This document shows positions 9,919-20,012 of a stretch of DNA of 64,000 nucleotides, in pieces. The translations under genes and the position numbers were made by a program. How positions within the stretch are numbered: position 1 is the first letter of the stretch; each line of letters begins with the position of its first letter. The notes beneath the pieces were generated by a model. The model had not been told where the DNA came from. It searched no databases and saw nothing but the letters and a program-made list of their open reading frames with translations. The DNA lies in IMG/VR virus record IMGVR_UViG_3300044630_006293, positions 124,001 to 188,000 of that record; one strand, written 5' to 3'.

Positions 9919-10582
9919 TGTTCCTCTCCAAAGTCTCTTTTAAGTTATCGTGATCCTTCGTAAAGTGCTTGATGTACAAATCATTAATCACTTGAGATGA
10001 ATCAGTAATAGTTTCGGAGTCTTTAGTTAGGTCGCAAAGATCTTCATTAATTTCAGTGCCACTTACTTGACAAAGAGACTTGTACAATGCAACCTCATGC
10101 CAGAATGTGTGAACTTGAATGTTATAATAACTTCTAAAAAACATAGCAAAATAGTTTTTTGTAAAATTAATATCTTCAGAATTAGCTTTAATAACTGTAT
10201 CTGCAGTATCGCTATTTAAAACAATGTTGAGAAAACTAATAATAGTCTTCTTACGAGCAAGAGATTCTTTGCAAAGTTCTATGCGATGGCGATAAACAAA
10301 TTGACCATTTGTAATTAATACAAGTTCATTTAGAATAGCGGAAGTATTTGCTTCCCGGTATCCCTGATTAACCCACTCGTGAGCAGCACGGTAAAAAGCT
10401 TCGCTGAAATTTACCTTGAGTGAAGAATCCCGGAGCAAAGATTTAAATGGTGAATCTATATCAGAGAATACTTTATCTACAGTGTTAGCATTTAGATCAC
10501 TATCGTAGGAGGAATTAGTTGAAGAATCAGAATCAACATATTCCTCAAAGAGGTCATCGTCGTTTGAATAAATGTTAGACAT
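9890..10582 (-). CDS. hypothetical protein
   Basis: 230-aa ORF; contains two in-frame CGG-G codons in an uninterrupted frame. Confidence 0.75.
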   Translation of the reverse strand: MSNIYSNDDDLFEEYVDSDSSTNSSYDSDLNANTVDKVFSDIDSPFKSLLRDSSLKVNFSEAFYRAAHEWVNQGYREANTSAILNELVLITNGQFVYRHRIELCKESLARKKTIISFLNIVLNSDTADTVIKANSEDINFTKNYFAMFFRSYYNIQVHTFWHEVALYKSLCQVSGTEINEDLCDLTKDSETITDSSQVINDLYIKHFTKDHDNLKETLERNIEEIFSKNK

Positions 10583-10985
10583 TAAGTTCCATATCTGTAA
10601 GTTTATAATTTAAAATATCTGCTATTGCTGTATTTTTGGTTTTACCAATACGGTCAATATAAGACAAAAGATAATCTGATTGATCTTTATTGAAAGATGA
10701 TAAATCTGAATTTAATACATTTCTAACAAGAACAAATCTTTGTTCTTCAGTAGAGCCACCCCATACTCCATAGTATGAGTATGTCATTGCTTCATAAAAG
10801 CATTCGGATCTTACTGGACAAGATTTACAAAGATTTATAGCAGAATTTATTAATTCTGATTTTGGAGTAACAAAGAATAAATCTGTAGCTTCAGTGGCAC
10901 AAGCAGATCTATCTCTCCATTTCATTTCTGAAGGAGCGATTGAAAAAGGATCTTTGGTGCCTTTTATTTTAGGACTGCGATTCAT
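10575..10985 (-). CDS. whiB: WhiB-family transcription factor
   Basis: C...DLFF...CKSCPVRSEC...GVWGG four-Cys Wbl signature. Confidence 0.92.
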   Translation of the reverse strand: MNRSPKIKGTKDPFSIAPSEMKWRDRSACATEATDLFFVTPKSELINSAINLCKSCPVRSECFYEAMTYSYYGVWGGSTEEQRFVLVRNVLNSDLSSFNKDQSDYLLSYIDRIGKTKNTAIADILNYKLTDMELNV

Positions 10986-11253
10986 CTGATTGACTTAAAA
11001 TAGATTGAAGTTTTAAGATGCTTTCTACAAGATTCTTATTTATATCCACAAAAGTAGATAAAGATTCTAGTAACATTTTATAAGCTAATGTAGGATTACC
11101 TTGTTGCATTATGGACTTAGATAATTGCACATTTGCTCTAACTGAATTTACAGAATTCATAAGAATGGCAAACTCTGAAACAACAGAGTCTGCGGTAGCT
11201 ATTCGAGCGGACAAGTAAGATATCTCTTCTTCGACTAAGTTGTCTACATTCAT
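10969..11253 (-). CDS. hypothetical protein
   Basis: ORF start trimmed to MNVD to avoid the tRNA; SD AAGGAG. Confidence 0.6.
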   Translation of the reverse strand: MNVDNLVEEEISYLSARIATADSVVSEFAILMNSVNSVRANVQLSKSIMQQGNPTLAYKMLLESLSTFVDINKNLVESILKLQSILSQSDESQS

Positions 11254-11266
11254 GATTTTCTCCTTG

Positions 11267-11340
11267 TACCGCACACGGGAATTGAACCCGTCGATGGATG
11301 TTTATAAGACATCTGTGTTCAACCAGCTCACCCGTGCGGT
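11267..11340 (-). tRNA. tRNA-Ile(UAU)
   Basis: ACCGCAC/GTGCGGT acceptor stem, GATGT-CTTATAA-ACATC anticodon arm, GGTTCAATTCC T loop; CCA not encoded. Confidence 0.85.
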
Positions 11341-11681
11341 GCGCGAACACATAGCATCTATGTTATTTTGTTTAGATATTATATAAGATATAAAAAAGAA
11401 AAACAACCTGAGATCATTTTTTGTATGAATAAAGAAAAAATAAATTGATGGTAGGTAGTGTGGCGATATGGGGCCACTGACATCACTACTTTGTCCGTCA
11501 TGAAGTCATTGAATCTTTGCTTTTTTAAAAGTTTTGAATAAATGATTACATAGTCAGCTACCATCAAACTTAATTAGTTAGCGGTGATGCCAGGAGATAT
11601 GGGTCCCACGTGCTTAAGTACATCATTCACGTATTTCATAAGTCATAAACTTAAGTTGAACACGCCACTAACTAAAATCAG

Positions 11682-12059
11682 TTAATTCTTTTTTCTTGGA
11701 CGAGGAACATCCTCGCCGGCAGCCCATCGCTCAAAAAGCTCTGGGGATAGATCGTTTACCCAAAGAGGAAAACCAAATCTATCATTTCTAACAATAAAAT
11801 CTTCTCTAGTGAGAAGTCTCCTGAGTTTTGGATTTCCATCTTTATCTAAGATGGGACGACCATTTTTATCATAACCTTGATATTTTAGATGAGGATTATC
11901 TTTGCAATAAAGAAAATGCATAGAAGTATTGTATGATACATACGCATCTATTCTATCCATAATTTCAAGGTTCTTGTAGTATTGATCTAGTATTTTATTT
12001 CTAGCAGAAAGAGATGGGATGGTTATATTGCTTTTATAAGAAGAACTTCTATTTAGCAT
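11682..12059 (-). CDS. hypothetical protein
   Basis: 125-aa ORF. Confidence 0.7.
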   Translation of the reverse strand: MLNRSSSYKSNITIPSLSARNKILDQYYKNLEIMDRIDAYVSYNTSMHFLYCKDNPHLKYQGYDKNGRPILDKDGNPKLRRLLTREDFIVRNDRFGFPLWVNDLSPELFERWAAGEDVPRPRKKN

Positions 12060-12523
12060 ATTTGAAATCCACCACAGTTTTCTAAAAACTGTTGAAATTC
12101 AACAACAAGATCATAGTCCATATGATAATGAGTTGAAAAATTAGATACTTTTAAAGTGCCATTACAAGAATTGCATTGAAGAGTCTTAGATGTTCCATCA
12201 GCTTGAAGCCAAACACGAACGCCTAATCCTTCGCAGTATTGACAATCTTCTAATGGTAAAGAATCAAGATCAGCTTTATATTTTTTTATGTATGATTGTA
12301 TGGTTCCATCTTCTAAATCTTTTTTTAAAAGTTTAGAAAGAGTTATAGAATCTTTAGCATTTAAACCAGAACCAGAATTGTCATGAGGAGATTCACATTT
12401 GCGACAAATATTGGGATGAAGTTCTTCTAGGCAATCCCATAAAGGGTGCCAGTACCAAACATTAGCGCGAAAGTATTCGCCCTGTTCGTTCTTTGGCTTT
12501 GTGCCATAAACATCCATTCCCAT
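12053..12523 (-). CDS. hypothetical protein with DnaJ-type CxxCxGxG zinc finger
   Basis: CQYCEGLG...CNSCNGT. Confidence 0.7.
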   Translation of the reverse strand: MGMDVYGTKPKNEQGEYFRANVWYWHPLWDCLEELHPNICRKCESPHDNSGSGLNAKDSITLSKLLKKDLEDGTIQSYIKKYKADLDSLPLEDCQYCEGLGVRVWLQADGTSKTLQCNSCNGTLKVSNFSTHYHMDYDLVVEFQQFLENCGGFQIC

Positions 12524-12532
12524 AGTTAACTC

Positions 12533-12796
12533 CTATACAGTATAAACGTCGCCATTTTCTTTGATTTTTATATCTTCATATGGAGCTGCAATTCGACGAT
12601 AAAGTTCAAGCTTTGCACATTCTAAAACTCCAATAACATCATTTATAGAAGAGTAAGATTTACCTTTACTATAGATGTATTGATCAATTGCGCGAGTGAC
12701 TAAATAGTTAAGCTCTCCTGGAGTTTCAATACTACGTCCTGCATAAACAAGTTTTTGGTTGATGTCAGATCTTTTTTTCTTAGATACGTATGGCAT
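12533..12796 (-). CDS. conserved phage hypothetical protein
   Basis: PGELNY...LECAKLELYRR..APYED.KI.ENGDVY pattern recalled from many phages; no function. Confidence 0.75.
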   Translation of the reverse strand: MPYVSKKKRSDINQKLVYAGRSIETPGELNYLVTRAIDQYIYSKGKSYSSINDVIGVLECAKLELYRRIAAPYEDIKIKENGDVYTV

Positions 12797-13050
12797 TATT
12801 CATCCTTGTTATTATAGAAGCTCCAAATTTGATCATCATAAACAACAGGAATAATCTCTGTTTCTAAATGAGTAATTTCAACTGGAGTTGTATCGACATT
12901 TTGATTGGTTGAGTTTATTTTATTTTGAAGACGTAAAATTAAACGACGAATTCTATCTTGTTCTTTTGGAATCCAAGATACATCAGATCTTTTATTTAAA
13001 GCTTCAACAATAATTTCAATATCATCTTGGTTAAGATTATATCTAGGCAT
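12796..13050 (-). CDS. hypothetical protein
   Basis: ORF, probable start MPRY. Confidence 0.55.
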   Translation of the reverse strand: MPRYNLNQDDIEIIVEALNKRSDVSWIPKEQDRIRRLILRLQNKINSTNQNVDTTPVEITHLETEIIPVVYDDQIWSFYNNKDE

Positions 13051-13354
13051 TGAGTTCCTCACGATAATAAAGGTCAGGATACTTGTCTCGAAGAATGTCA
13101 ATGGGATTGTACCAGTACTGGTCCTTAGGACAGGTTGGTGAAATCAAAAGCTCTACAGCGCAATGAATGCGTTGATTTTTTGGATCTTCAAAGAAATCAT
13201 CAAGTTCTTTGTAGTTTTTAAAAGGGCCAAAGAAAACACGGTCGGTTGACCGACAATGATGAACTATCCATTGATAATGAGGAAGTTCTTCTTCTTGTTT
13301 ATTTAATTCTTGTTTTTTATTTAAGTTGAATAAATTATAAATAAATTTTTTCAT
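13043..13354 (-). CDS. hypothetical protein
   Basis: ORF start trimmed to MKKF just after the tRNA. Confidence 0.6.
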   Translation of the reverse strand: MKKFIYNLFNLNKKQELNKQEEELPHYQWIVHHCRSTDRVFFGPFKNYKELDDFFEDPKNQRIHCAVELLISPTCPKDQYWYNPIDILRDKYPDLYYREELNA

Positions 13355-13356
13355 AG

Positions 13357-13430
13357 TGGGCTCTGTGGGACTTGAACCCACGACCAACGGATTATGAGTC
13401 CGGCGCTCTAACCAACTGAGCTAAGAGCCC
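13357..13430 (-). tRNA. tRNA with CAU anticodon (probably Ile2, lysidine-modified; elongator Met not excluded)
   Basis: GGGCTCTTAGCTCAGTTGGTTAGAGC...GACTCATAATCC...GGTTCAAGTCC...AGAGCCCA cloverleaf. Confidence 0.9.
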
Positions 13431-13434
13431 GTAT

Positions 13435-13599
13435 TTATTTGTAACCGTTTTTGGAGTTTCTTGCTCCGTATGTACATTTATGATTTTCGTGCCACATTTG
13501 CACATGTTCCCATTTGTGCCAGCGAAATGATTTCCGGCGACACTTTGTACACATTCCACGAAAGCTTTTATTAATACTTATATTTAATAGTGTTTCCAT
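13435..13599 (-). CDS. small Cys/His-containing protein (54 aa)
   Basis: Manually translated METLL...CTKC...HKC...GYK*; contains an in-frame CGG-A. Confidence 0.4.
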   Translation of the reverse strand: METLLNISINKSFRGMCTKCRRKSFRWHKWEHVQMWHENHKCTYGARNSKNGYK

Positions 13600-13689
13600 T
13601 TACTTAATTTTATTCTGTTTATAAAACAAATTAACTCGGAAAAATTAACATGATTGTATGTCACTGCATAACATTAATCAAATGTAATA

Positions 13690-13890
13690 TTAAAGCTTAC
13701 CAGCTCCTGGAAAGTAGCTTTTTAATTGTACAGACAAGAACATAAGTTCAGGGTATTCATACTTGTCATAGGAAGTATTTACTTCAAGTAAATCTTCAAG
13801 CTCTTTAGTGATCATCCGAACTGCAAGAGCGTCATCTTGAAATTCACCAGGAATGTTCATGGTTATTTCAGCAGTAAATTTAACTTTCAT
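13690..13890 (-). CDS. hypothetical protein
   Basis: 66-aa ORF. Confidence 0.55.
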   Translation of the reverse strand: MKVKFTAEITMNIPGEFQDDALAVRMITKELEDLLEVNTSYDKYEYPELMFLSVQLKSYFPGAGKL

Positions 13891-14043
13891 GAGTAGGTGT
13901 AGCCTCTTCTGATAATAATAAATAAAGACGAATATCCAATAATAAGTCAGTCATCTCAGATGACGAAACAAGCTGTTGACCTGAAATGTCTTTAATAGCT
14001 TGATCAACAAGTTGAACAGCATTCTTGTTTGGGTCTAATACCA

Positions 14044-14322
14044 TTATGCTTCTCCCCCGCGTTTTTTATACATAGTAACCGCTTCTTCTATATTAAGGCA
14101 ATAGTCACCAGATTCGCAAGACCATCCTTCTGGCCTAGCTATGATAGTCCATACTACGTATGGGTGATATTCAGCTTCTAAAGTGCATATAGCAATCCAA
14201 CTAGCGTAAGAATCGTTTTTAACTCTTTCTCTCATTTTAGTGAGAGCAATAACTATACGGTCGGTGTGACCAACAACATCGCCAATGCGAAGTTCTTTAT
14301 CCTCGTTAAGAGTATCAATCAT
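14044..14322 (-). CDS. hypothetical protein
   Basis: 92-aa ORF with GAGG SD. Confidence 0.65.
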   Translation of the reverse strand: MIDTLNEDKELRIGDVVGHTDRIVIALTKMRERVKNDSYASWIAICTLEAEYHPYVVWTIIARPEGWSCESGDYCLNIEEAVTMYKKRGGEA

Positions 14323-14324
14323 TT

Positions 14325-14510
14325 TTAATTACCTCGAAAAGATGTTTCATTCTTTTTAGATTTTTTTATCTTATAACCATTACGTTTAAGATCAGCAATA
14401 ATTTTTTCTGGAATATCTTGCCAAATAGGAATTCCGCAAGAAGTTAAAGTATGAGCAATGATGTCACACTTTTTTTTATGATGTAAATTAATCATGAGAA
14501 TTGCCTCCAA
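14325..14510 (-). CDS. hypothetical protein
   Basis: 61-aa ORF. Confidence 0.5.
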   Translation of the reverse strand: MEAILMINLHHKKKCDIIAHTLTSCGIPIWQDIPEKIIADLKRNGYKIKKSKKNETSFRGN

Positions 14511-14811
14511 AGTTAACTTTAATTACATTATCAGAAGAAGATTCTTCTGGCTTATCGTAAGAGTGATAGTACACCAATCTGGCGTCAGAACAATAATATG
14601 AACTAGAAGCTGGGTGATTTCTCTTTGATTCTAAAAGATTTTCTTCTAAAAAATCATCACGGTAAATATGTAATACTTTTTCGTTAGATATAATGATATC
14701 TAAACGATATCCATCTGGAGAGACAAAACAAGAAAGTGCTTCTTGAATATCTTCTTGATGATGATGTACTTGGCCATCATTAGTTCTAGTAGAAAAATTA
14801 GCTTTTGTCAT
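14488..14811 (-). CDS. hypothetical protein
   Basis: ORF start trimmed to MTKA after tRNA-Asn. Confidence 0.55.
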   Translation of the reverse strand: MTKANFSTRTNDGQVHHHQEDIQEALSCFVSPDGYRLDIIISNEKVLHIYRDDFLEENLLESKRNHPASSSYYCSDARLVYYHSYDKPEESSSDNVIKVNFGGNSHD

Positions 14812-14813
14812 AG

Positions 14814-14886
14814 CTCCCAGAGTAGGGGTCGAACCTACGACAAGCGGATTAACAGTCCGCTGCTCTGCCAACTGAGCTATCTGGGA
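14814..14886 (-). tRNA. tRNA-Asn(GUU)
   Basis: TCCCAGA/TCTGGGA acceptor, GCGGA-CTGTTAA-TCCGC anticodon arm, GGTTCGACCC T loop. Confidence 0.93.
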
Positions 14887-15000
14887 ATGCATTAAGAGTT
14901 TCTTAGCAAACTGCTGCACGAATAAGTGCACCAATATAAAGACCGACAGAGATTCCAGTAATGAATACTAATACATATAAGACATTGTGTTTTTGCATAG

Positions 15001-15084
15001 TACCCGAGACCGGACTTGAACCGGTACGCCCTTTCGAGCGAGAGAGTTTAAGTCTCTTGCGTCTGCCTATTCCGCCACTCGGGT
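15001..15084 (-). tRNA. tRNA-Leu(UAA)
   Basis: ACCCGAG/CTCGGGT acceptor, AGAGA-CTTAAAC-TCTCT anticodon arm, long variable arm. Confidence 0.92.
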
Positions 15085-15096
15085 TAGTAATTTAAA

Positions 15097-15438
15097 CTAC
15101 TCAGATTGGTACTTTAAATATAATTCGCCTTTAAACCATAATTGAGATTCTGGATTAATTTCTAAACCAAAATTAGTTTTAATATTTGGTTCAATATAAT
15201 TGATAGATTGTATATCTTCTCCACTGTGTAGATTTCCTCCATTATAAAGAATAGAAAGAATATCGTCAAACCATTTTGAAGCTTTGTCAATTTCGCTTTG
15301 TGTATAATGTTTATCAGATAAAATAGAATTATTATCTTTATCATTTATTAAGTCAGAAATAAAACTAGTAACATCTTTAGCTATTTGAAGATTTTTGATG
15401 TCATCAGTATTAGAACCGACGGATACTAAAATAGACAT
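15097..15438 (-). CDS. hypothetical protein
   Basis: 113-aa ORF with AAGGA SD. Confidence 0.65.
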   Translation of the reverse strand: MSILVSVGSNTDDIKNLQIAKDVTSFISDLINDKDNNSILSDKHYTQSEIDKASKWFDDILSILYNGGNLHSGEDIQSINYIEPNIKTNFGLEINPESQLWFKGELYLKYQSE

Positions 15439-15636
15439 ATTAACATCCTTGTAATATTTTGTTGGTATGATTACTCTGTATCTTTGGATGGATTTTGGGA
15501 ACTAATTATTAGTTCTTTTAAACAATCCATACATAAATTTTTATTATATTTAACAGATTTGTTAACAGACTTAGAAATAACACCACAGTCAGAACATTCT
15601 CTATTCTTGTCATGATATAAATAAGAAGGCTTTATT

Positions 15637-15993
15637 TTATCGAAGGACATAAGGATTATTTACATAGTGTGATATTACTTGTTCTACAAAGTATTGTGGA
15701 ACAGATGAATTAACAAGATGAGGAAGATTTTGACTAGAAGAATAAACTAAAACGTCTCCTCTAATAGAGTTTTTAACAACGTAATTTTTAGTGTACAGTC
15801 TTTTAAGAAATGTAGCAACAACATTAGTTGGCTTAGATAAGCTAGAGTAATATTCTAAATGTACATAATTTACCGTACCGTCAAAAGTTGAAACTATTGT
15901 ACGTTGATTTTTAAAAATCATAAGTTCAACCTCATTTATATCTTCATATAATATTTCAGGAAAACCAGAAGTTGGAATTAGCAATCCTCGCAT
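15637..15993 (-). CDS. hypothetical protein
   Basis: 118-aa ORF coupled to the protease gene. Confidence 0.65.
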   Translation of the reverse strand: MRGLLIPTSGFPEILYEDINEVELMIFKNQRTIVSTFDGTVNYVHLEYYSSLSKPTNVVATFLKRLYTKNYVVKNSIRGDVLVYSSSQNLPHLVNSSVPQYFVEQVISHYVNNPYVLR

Positions 15994-15994
15994 T

Positions 15995-17425
15995 TTAACC
16001 TCTAGATAAAAAAATAGATGAACTAACAGCGGATTTATTTCCGTCTTTCATAATAGCATACATGCTACAAAAAGAAAATTCTGGCTTAAAAGGAACCTTA
16101 TAAACATGGGTTGTAACAAATGGTTCATAAGGTATGTCATATTGTTTCGTAGAACAATCAAGAATATATTTTACTATAGAATTCTTTGGAGCAAATGTAT
16201 CTTGATATCTAATGTAGAAGAAAGAAGACTGTAAAGTTGGAGTATATATCTTCATAAGATAAGGCTTAAAAGAAGGAAGAGGTGGAAGAGATGGGATGGA
16301 AGGAGTTTCAGGAGGAAGGTACACAGGAAGAGTACTAGGGGGTGATGAGGGAATTGTAGTTGTGGTTACAGTTGGATTTTCAACTGAGTTAAATAATGAT
16401 GAGACATTAATAGAAGGAATACTTAACCTTGAATAAGGGTCAATAGCTTTAGGGCTTATTGATACAAGGTTAGCAACAGCTGTTGCTATAGAATGATTTG
16501 GAAACTTTTGTTTATACAAAGCAAAAATTCCAGAAACATGAGGTGCAGACATAGAAGTTCCAGAAGCTTGTCTGTAATCTTGATAATCAGCAGAGGATAT
16601 AATCTTATATCCAGGAGCAGCAAATGTTGTATTTTCTGAAAGGTTAGAAAAAGATGTAATTCTTCCATCTAGAGTAAGTGCAGCAACTGAAACAACTTTA
16701 GATATGCATGCAGGATGAGACATTCCTAATGAATAGGAATTACCAGCAGCAACAACAACAGGAATGTTTTTGTTATAAAGTTGATGAATAAGAGAAGTTA
16801 ATGTAGGGGATACATTATCGCAGTAACCTCTAAATATTCTAGAAGTTCCTAAACTCATATTTATAGCAGCAATATTGTAATTTGATGAAATGGACAATAC
16901 CCATTTTAATGAGTTAATAAGAGATGTCTCAGAAGATGAATCATCTTTATCAAATACATTAATAGGTATAATTGATGCATCCGGAGCAACTCCAACTAAA
17001 GTTGAAGATTTGCCGGCTGCAATACCTGCAACATGAGTACCATGCCAATCAACTTGATTAGCAGCGTTACCACCAATTTGTTTATTAGTGGAGTTAGGAC
17101 AAGAAGAGTTAACAGTAAAACAAGCTTGTAAAGCTATTTTACTAGATACCATTGGATGAGTAGAGTTGATGCCACTATCTATGACAACAACATGGGTTCC
17201 TTTTCCAGTAACTGAAAGAGCGTGAACTTTGTCTGCTCCAATATATGGTACAGATGTATTTAAAAATTTACGATAAACAATCTTATTGTTTTTCTTTTCT
17301 AGCTTTTTATTCTTGAATAACCGAATATCATTCTTAGTTGAAGCAGATGCATCAACAGAAGACATATGGGTTATGAAAGAAATAAACAAAGAAAATATAA
17401 TTATAAATTTAATTTTACTTTTCAT
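15995..17425 (-). CDS. subtilisin-like S8 serine protease with signal peptide and Pro-rich linker
   Basis: Catalytic triad motifs VVIDSG, HGTHVAG, GTSMSAPHV; AAGN; N-terminal hydrophobic segment. Confidence 0.95.
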   Translation of the reverse strand: MKSKIKFIIIFSLFISFITHMSSVDASASTKNDIRLFKNKKLEKKNNKIVYRKFLNTSVPYIGADKVHALSVTGKGTHVVVIDSGINSTHPMVSSKIALQACFTVNSSCPNSTNKQIGGNAANQVDWHGTHVAGIAAGKSSTLVGVAPDASIIPINVFDKDDSSSETSLINSLKWVLSISSNYNIAAINMSLGTSRIFRGYCDNVSPTLTSLIHQLYNKNIPVVVAAGNSYSLGMSHPACISKVVSVAALTLDGRITSFSNLSENTTFAAPGYKIISSADYQDYRQASGTSMSAPHVSGIFALYKQKFPNHSIATAVANLVSISPKAIDPYSRLSIPSINVSSLFNSVENPTVTTTTIPSSPPSTLPVYLPPETPSIPSLPPLPSFKPYLMKIYTPTLQSSFFYIRYQDTFAPKNSIVKYILDCSTKQYDIPYEPFVTTHVYKVPFKPEFSFCSMYAIMKDGNKSAVSSSIFLSRG

Positions 17426-17500
17426 GAAGTCATTTCAGAATAGAGGGTTAGATATATAAATATTAAGAATACAATAATGATCTAGTGCCTTTTTAAAAAT

Positions 17501-19183
17501 TTAAAAGGTTCTTCTGTTAGAAGCAATTTTATTTTCTAACCATTTAGGTTTAGGATTATTCTCGTAGTAACGAGAAATTATTTGACTAGCAGTACCTTTA
17601 CTCATGTCAGATGTAACTGGAACGCCAATTCTTTTTAAGAACTTTTGTTGTTTATCTGTTGGAGAATCAGATCTCCAAGCTGAGTTAGAATCTAAAAGAT
17701 TAAGATTACTTGCTCTGTTATTTTGAATCCACTTATCAGTGCGCGCAAATGATTCTCTCATAGAATCAGCAGTGCCAATAACTTTAGTGGTAAAGTCTTT
17801 GCCAGATTTTATATTTAATTCAGTAGTCCATCTTCCAAGGGCATCGGAGTATATCTTCATAGACTCATAGGAATTGAGTCCAAGATAGAACTCGTTCTCT
17901 GCGATCTCTGCCCAAACAAGTTTGGAATATTCTTGCACTACTGGATTAGGAGGAGGAGGCATAAACAAGTTGATGCGCGTATATGCAAGTTCAATATCTT
18001 GAGGATTAAGAACACGAATGGCTTCACCTGGACAGAAGTTTTCAAGCTCTTCAAACTTCTTAGCAACTTCAGTTAAAGACTGACCTTCTAGGTCAAAGTC
18101 TGCAGGTAAACCAAGCAGTGTCGGTAAACCAATAGGTTTCTTACCTCTAGTTGTATCAGCAATATCAATGATCTTGCAAGATTCTTTACTCTCATGTAAG
18201 CGAGTGCCTCGACCAACTATTTGAGTATACAACAAAGTAGACCTAGTAGGCTTAGCGAGGATGATAGCCTGTATAGAAGGCTCATCAAAGCCCTCAGTTA
18301 AAACGCCAACATTTACAACCACTCGAAGGCTTCCCTCCGCAAATCGAGCAAGGATAGAATCTCGCTCTTCTCGCGGAGTTGTTCCTATTATTACTTCCGC
18401 TTCTACCGACGCTTGTCTAAAGGATAAGGCCAGGTTTTGGGCGTGTCGTACTCCGGCAGCGAAAACAATGGCTTTTTGATCCATCGCCAAACTGCGATAA
18501 GTAGCGACGATATGAGCATTGCGCTCAGGATTATCAATTTTGTCTTCAAGTTTACCTTGGGCATAGTCGCCATTTACTATCTCCACTTCTGATATGTCTG
18601 TGCTAGTTTTGACTCTGTAGCCAACTAATGGACAAAGCCAACCATCTTCAATTAGATCTTGAATAGATTTATAGTAGACGATTTCTTCAAATACATCCAC
18701 TAACCTAACCGAATCTGATCGTTGAGGAGTTGCTGTAACCCCAAGTAAAAACTCGGGATTAAAGTAATCAATAATTCTACGATACGTTGGAGCAGCTGCA
18801 TGGTGAGCTTCATCAATAACTATTGTTTTAAAATAGTTTTGAGGGTAGGCTATAATACGGGGGGTATTATTACGGCCTAATGTTGCTACGGAAGCAACAA
18901 CAACGTCTACATGACCAGCTCTACGTTCTGCTTGCTCTATCTCTACGGATAGAGTAGGATTAGAATCTATAATTTTGGTTCTAGCTTGATCTAATAGTTC
19001 AGACCTGTGAGCCAATACTAGCATTGGGAGTGAGTTACTTTTAATTTTTGGTAAGTGAGAAAATATAACAGTTTTTCCTGCGCCAGTTGGTAATACAACA
19101 AGCTGTTTATTAATTCCCTTTTCAGAGAAAGTAACAATTGAATCTAAAGCTTCTTGTTGATATGGTCGTAGAGAAAAAGTCAT
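17501..19183 (-). CDS. superfamily 2 DEAH helicase (SSL2/IRC3-like)
   Basis: LPTGAGKT, DEAHH, TATP, LTEGFDEP, QIVGRGTR. Confidence 0.95.
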   Translation of the reverse strand: MTFSLRPYQQEALDSIVTFSEKGINKQLVVLPTGAGKTVIFSHLPKIKSNSLPMLVLAHRSELLDQARTKIIDSNPTLSVEIEQAERRAGHVDVVVASVATLGRNNTPRIIAYPQNYFKTIVIDEAHHAAAPTYRRIIDYFNPEFLLGVTATPQRSDSVRLVDVFEEIVYYKSIQDLIEDGWLCPLVGYRVKTSTDISEVEIVNGDYAQGKLEDKIDNPERNAHIVATYRSLAMDQKAIVFAAGVRHAQNLALSFRQASVEAEVIIGTTPREERDSILARFAEGSLRVVVNVGVLTEGFDEPSIQAIILAKPTRSTLLYTQIVGRGTRLHESKESCKIIDIADTTRGKKPIGLPTLLGLPADFDLEGQSLTEVAKKFEELENFCPGEAIRVLNPQDIELAYTRINLFMPPPPNPVVQEYSKLVWAEIAENEFYLGLNSYESMKIYSDALGRWTTELNIKSGKDFTTKVIGTADSMRESFARTDKWIQNNRASNLNLLDSNSAWRSDSPTDKQQKFLKRIGVPVTSDMSKGTASQIISRYYENNPKPKWLENKIASNRRTF

Positions 19184-19390
19184 ATTATTATTATATCCTA
19201 TATTTATGTATATTAATAATAAGAATAGTCAGGATCACCATAAAATGGTTCTTCCTGCATGTAAAATTCTATTGTTTTAAATAAATAATCCTTATCGTAT
19301 TTAAGGATAACATTATTTATAATTGATTCAGCCTCCCACAGAATCACATTTTGGTTTTCTAAAATTAGCATAGTTTCTGATTTCTATTAT

Positions 19391-20002
19391 TTAAACTGAA
19401 AGGTTTTCAGTATTTTCTTTTTCAATGAATGAAACGAATTCAAAATTGTTTAATTCAAAGAAAGATTTAATTTTGGAATAGTCAAAAGGTTTAAGATCCA
19501 TATGAGTATGGAGATATAAAGCCTCGAAAACTTCAAGAGTAGCATGAAGATTTTTACTAGAATCATATACTTGTTCAAGAGATTCTAAAGTGTGAGTAGA
19601 GAATTTATCTTCTAGCCAAGTAAATTTCTGTTCTTGATCAATTACATAGGGCATGGAGTAAATAGTGCAATGTTCTTCACAAGCAGCATAGATCTCAAGA
19701 AGATCATAGCTTAAATCATTCATAGATTTAGTTGCATCAATTGCAAATATTACAGAAGTTGAATTAAGAGTAGAGTATGAGAAAAGCATTTCTGAAATAG
19801 CAGTATAATAATCAGATTCATCTTCAACTGGTCGAGAAGTAATGACTAAAGATTTTGTTTCAGGATCTGAAAAGAAAACAGCAAAAGGCCTAAATGAGTT
19901 AGGCGTTTCTTCTGTAGTTGTAGCAAAGGAATGCTTGATTGCTGATATGTGTAATTCAATATCAGAAATCTTAGCTTTAACATCATCAGAATAAATTAAC
20001 AT
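19391..20002 (-). CDS. hypothetical protein
   Basis: 203-aa ORF. Confidence 0.7.
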   Translation of the reverse strand: MLIYSDDVKAKISDIELHISAIKHSFATTTEETPNSFRPFAVFFSDPETKSLVITSRPVEDESDYYTAISEMLFSYSTLNSTSVIFAIDATKSMNDLSYDLLEIYAACEEHCTIYSMPYVIDQEQKFTWLEDKFSTHTLESLEQVYDSSKNLHATLEVFEALYLHTHMDLKPFDYSKIKSFFELNNFEFVSFIEKENTENLSV

Positions 20003-20012
20003 AATTATCTTT

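Noticed and set aside
13435-13599. Possible fifth CGGA shift site in the early arm (CGC-CGG-A)
   Set aside because: Frame 0 already gives a complete 54-aa ORF ending just before the tRNA, while the +1 frame runs into the tRNA. Ambiguous, so not counted.
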